Shown here: piece by piece, positions 63,610-64,000 of the stretch
How the letters are laid out: every line of letters begins with the position of its first letter
Position numbering within the stretch: the first letter of the stretch is position 1
Assembly (NCBI GenBank): GCA_973895155.1
Contig: OZ316893.1
Span: forward strand, 5,160,171 to 5,224,170
Reading direction: 5' to 3'
Source of the DNA: Marsupella aquatica
Taxonomy: Eukaryota; Plantae; Marchantiophyta
DNA: 64,000 nucleotides
The notes under the pieces: generated by a model
The model's input: only the letters and a program-made list of their open reading frames with translations
What the model was told of the DNA's origin: nothing
The model's database searches: none
Program-made: the position numbers and the translations under genes

Positions 63610-64000
63610 CTGCACCCAGTCCATCATTTCGATGGGAAACTGTGAATTGTACTTCTGAATTGACCTTTTAGTTTGTCGGTTAATTTCGGTGCACTTGGTG
63701 AGCTCCATCGTTAGATTCTCCTTCTACATGGGCAGTATTTCTGGTGCAAATGGCGCCTTTGAACCTTAATTAATCTCTAAAATTGGATTTCTAAAATTGG
63801 CCGAGAATCTCAGTAGAAAATGAGGGCATGCTACCTTCAAAGCTCTCTGTAATTGTTGGATGATTTTGGTGCAACCATTTCATTCCATTTTGCAGACGAA
63901 TTCTCCAGAATTAGTGGGTTTCAAAAAACAAGAGCATTGAGATGTTCTCGGCCTGCAAAGAAAGAAAACCCATGGAATCCGAAACGGTCCGAAGTCCTCA

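Noticed and set aside
63610-63708. N-terminal 32 aa of the SAMS ORF in the track
   Set aside because: No SAMS similarity; lies upstream of a splice acceptor, so read as intron

Overview
Land-plant nuclear DNA; intron style and TE content suggest a non-seed plant such as a bryophyte (inference). Three host genes: a two-exon class I LBD/LOB-domain transcription factor (10238-13829, +), a 19-exon RAD5A-like HIRAN/SNF2/RING gene (22745-31746, -) with E2F sites upstream, and the last exon of a divergent S-adenosylmethionine synthetase (62938-63609, -). The rest is mostly TEs: two degenerate Tork/Tnt1-like copia elements, a Bianca-type copia with 111-113 bp LTRs and a half-tRNA PBS, a 5'-truncated CRE-like (RLE-endonuclease) non-LTR element and non-autonomous Helitrons. 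The highlight is a 19.9 kb PIF/Harbinger-superfamily transposon (39694-59604; TIR AGGGYGTCTCAAACATKGC; AAT TSD, Pangu-type) broken up by four nested insertions. With those removed it is about 6.4 kb. Besides the DDE transposase and Myb/SANT-like partner it carries a decayed RPA70-C-like zinc-ribbon OB-fold gene, not called as an ORF in the track because a Helitron splits it, and possibly a further unknown gene.
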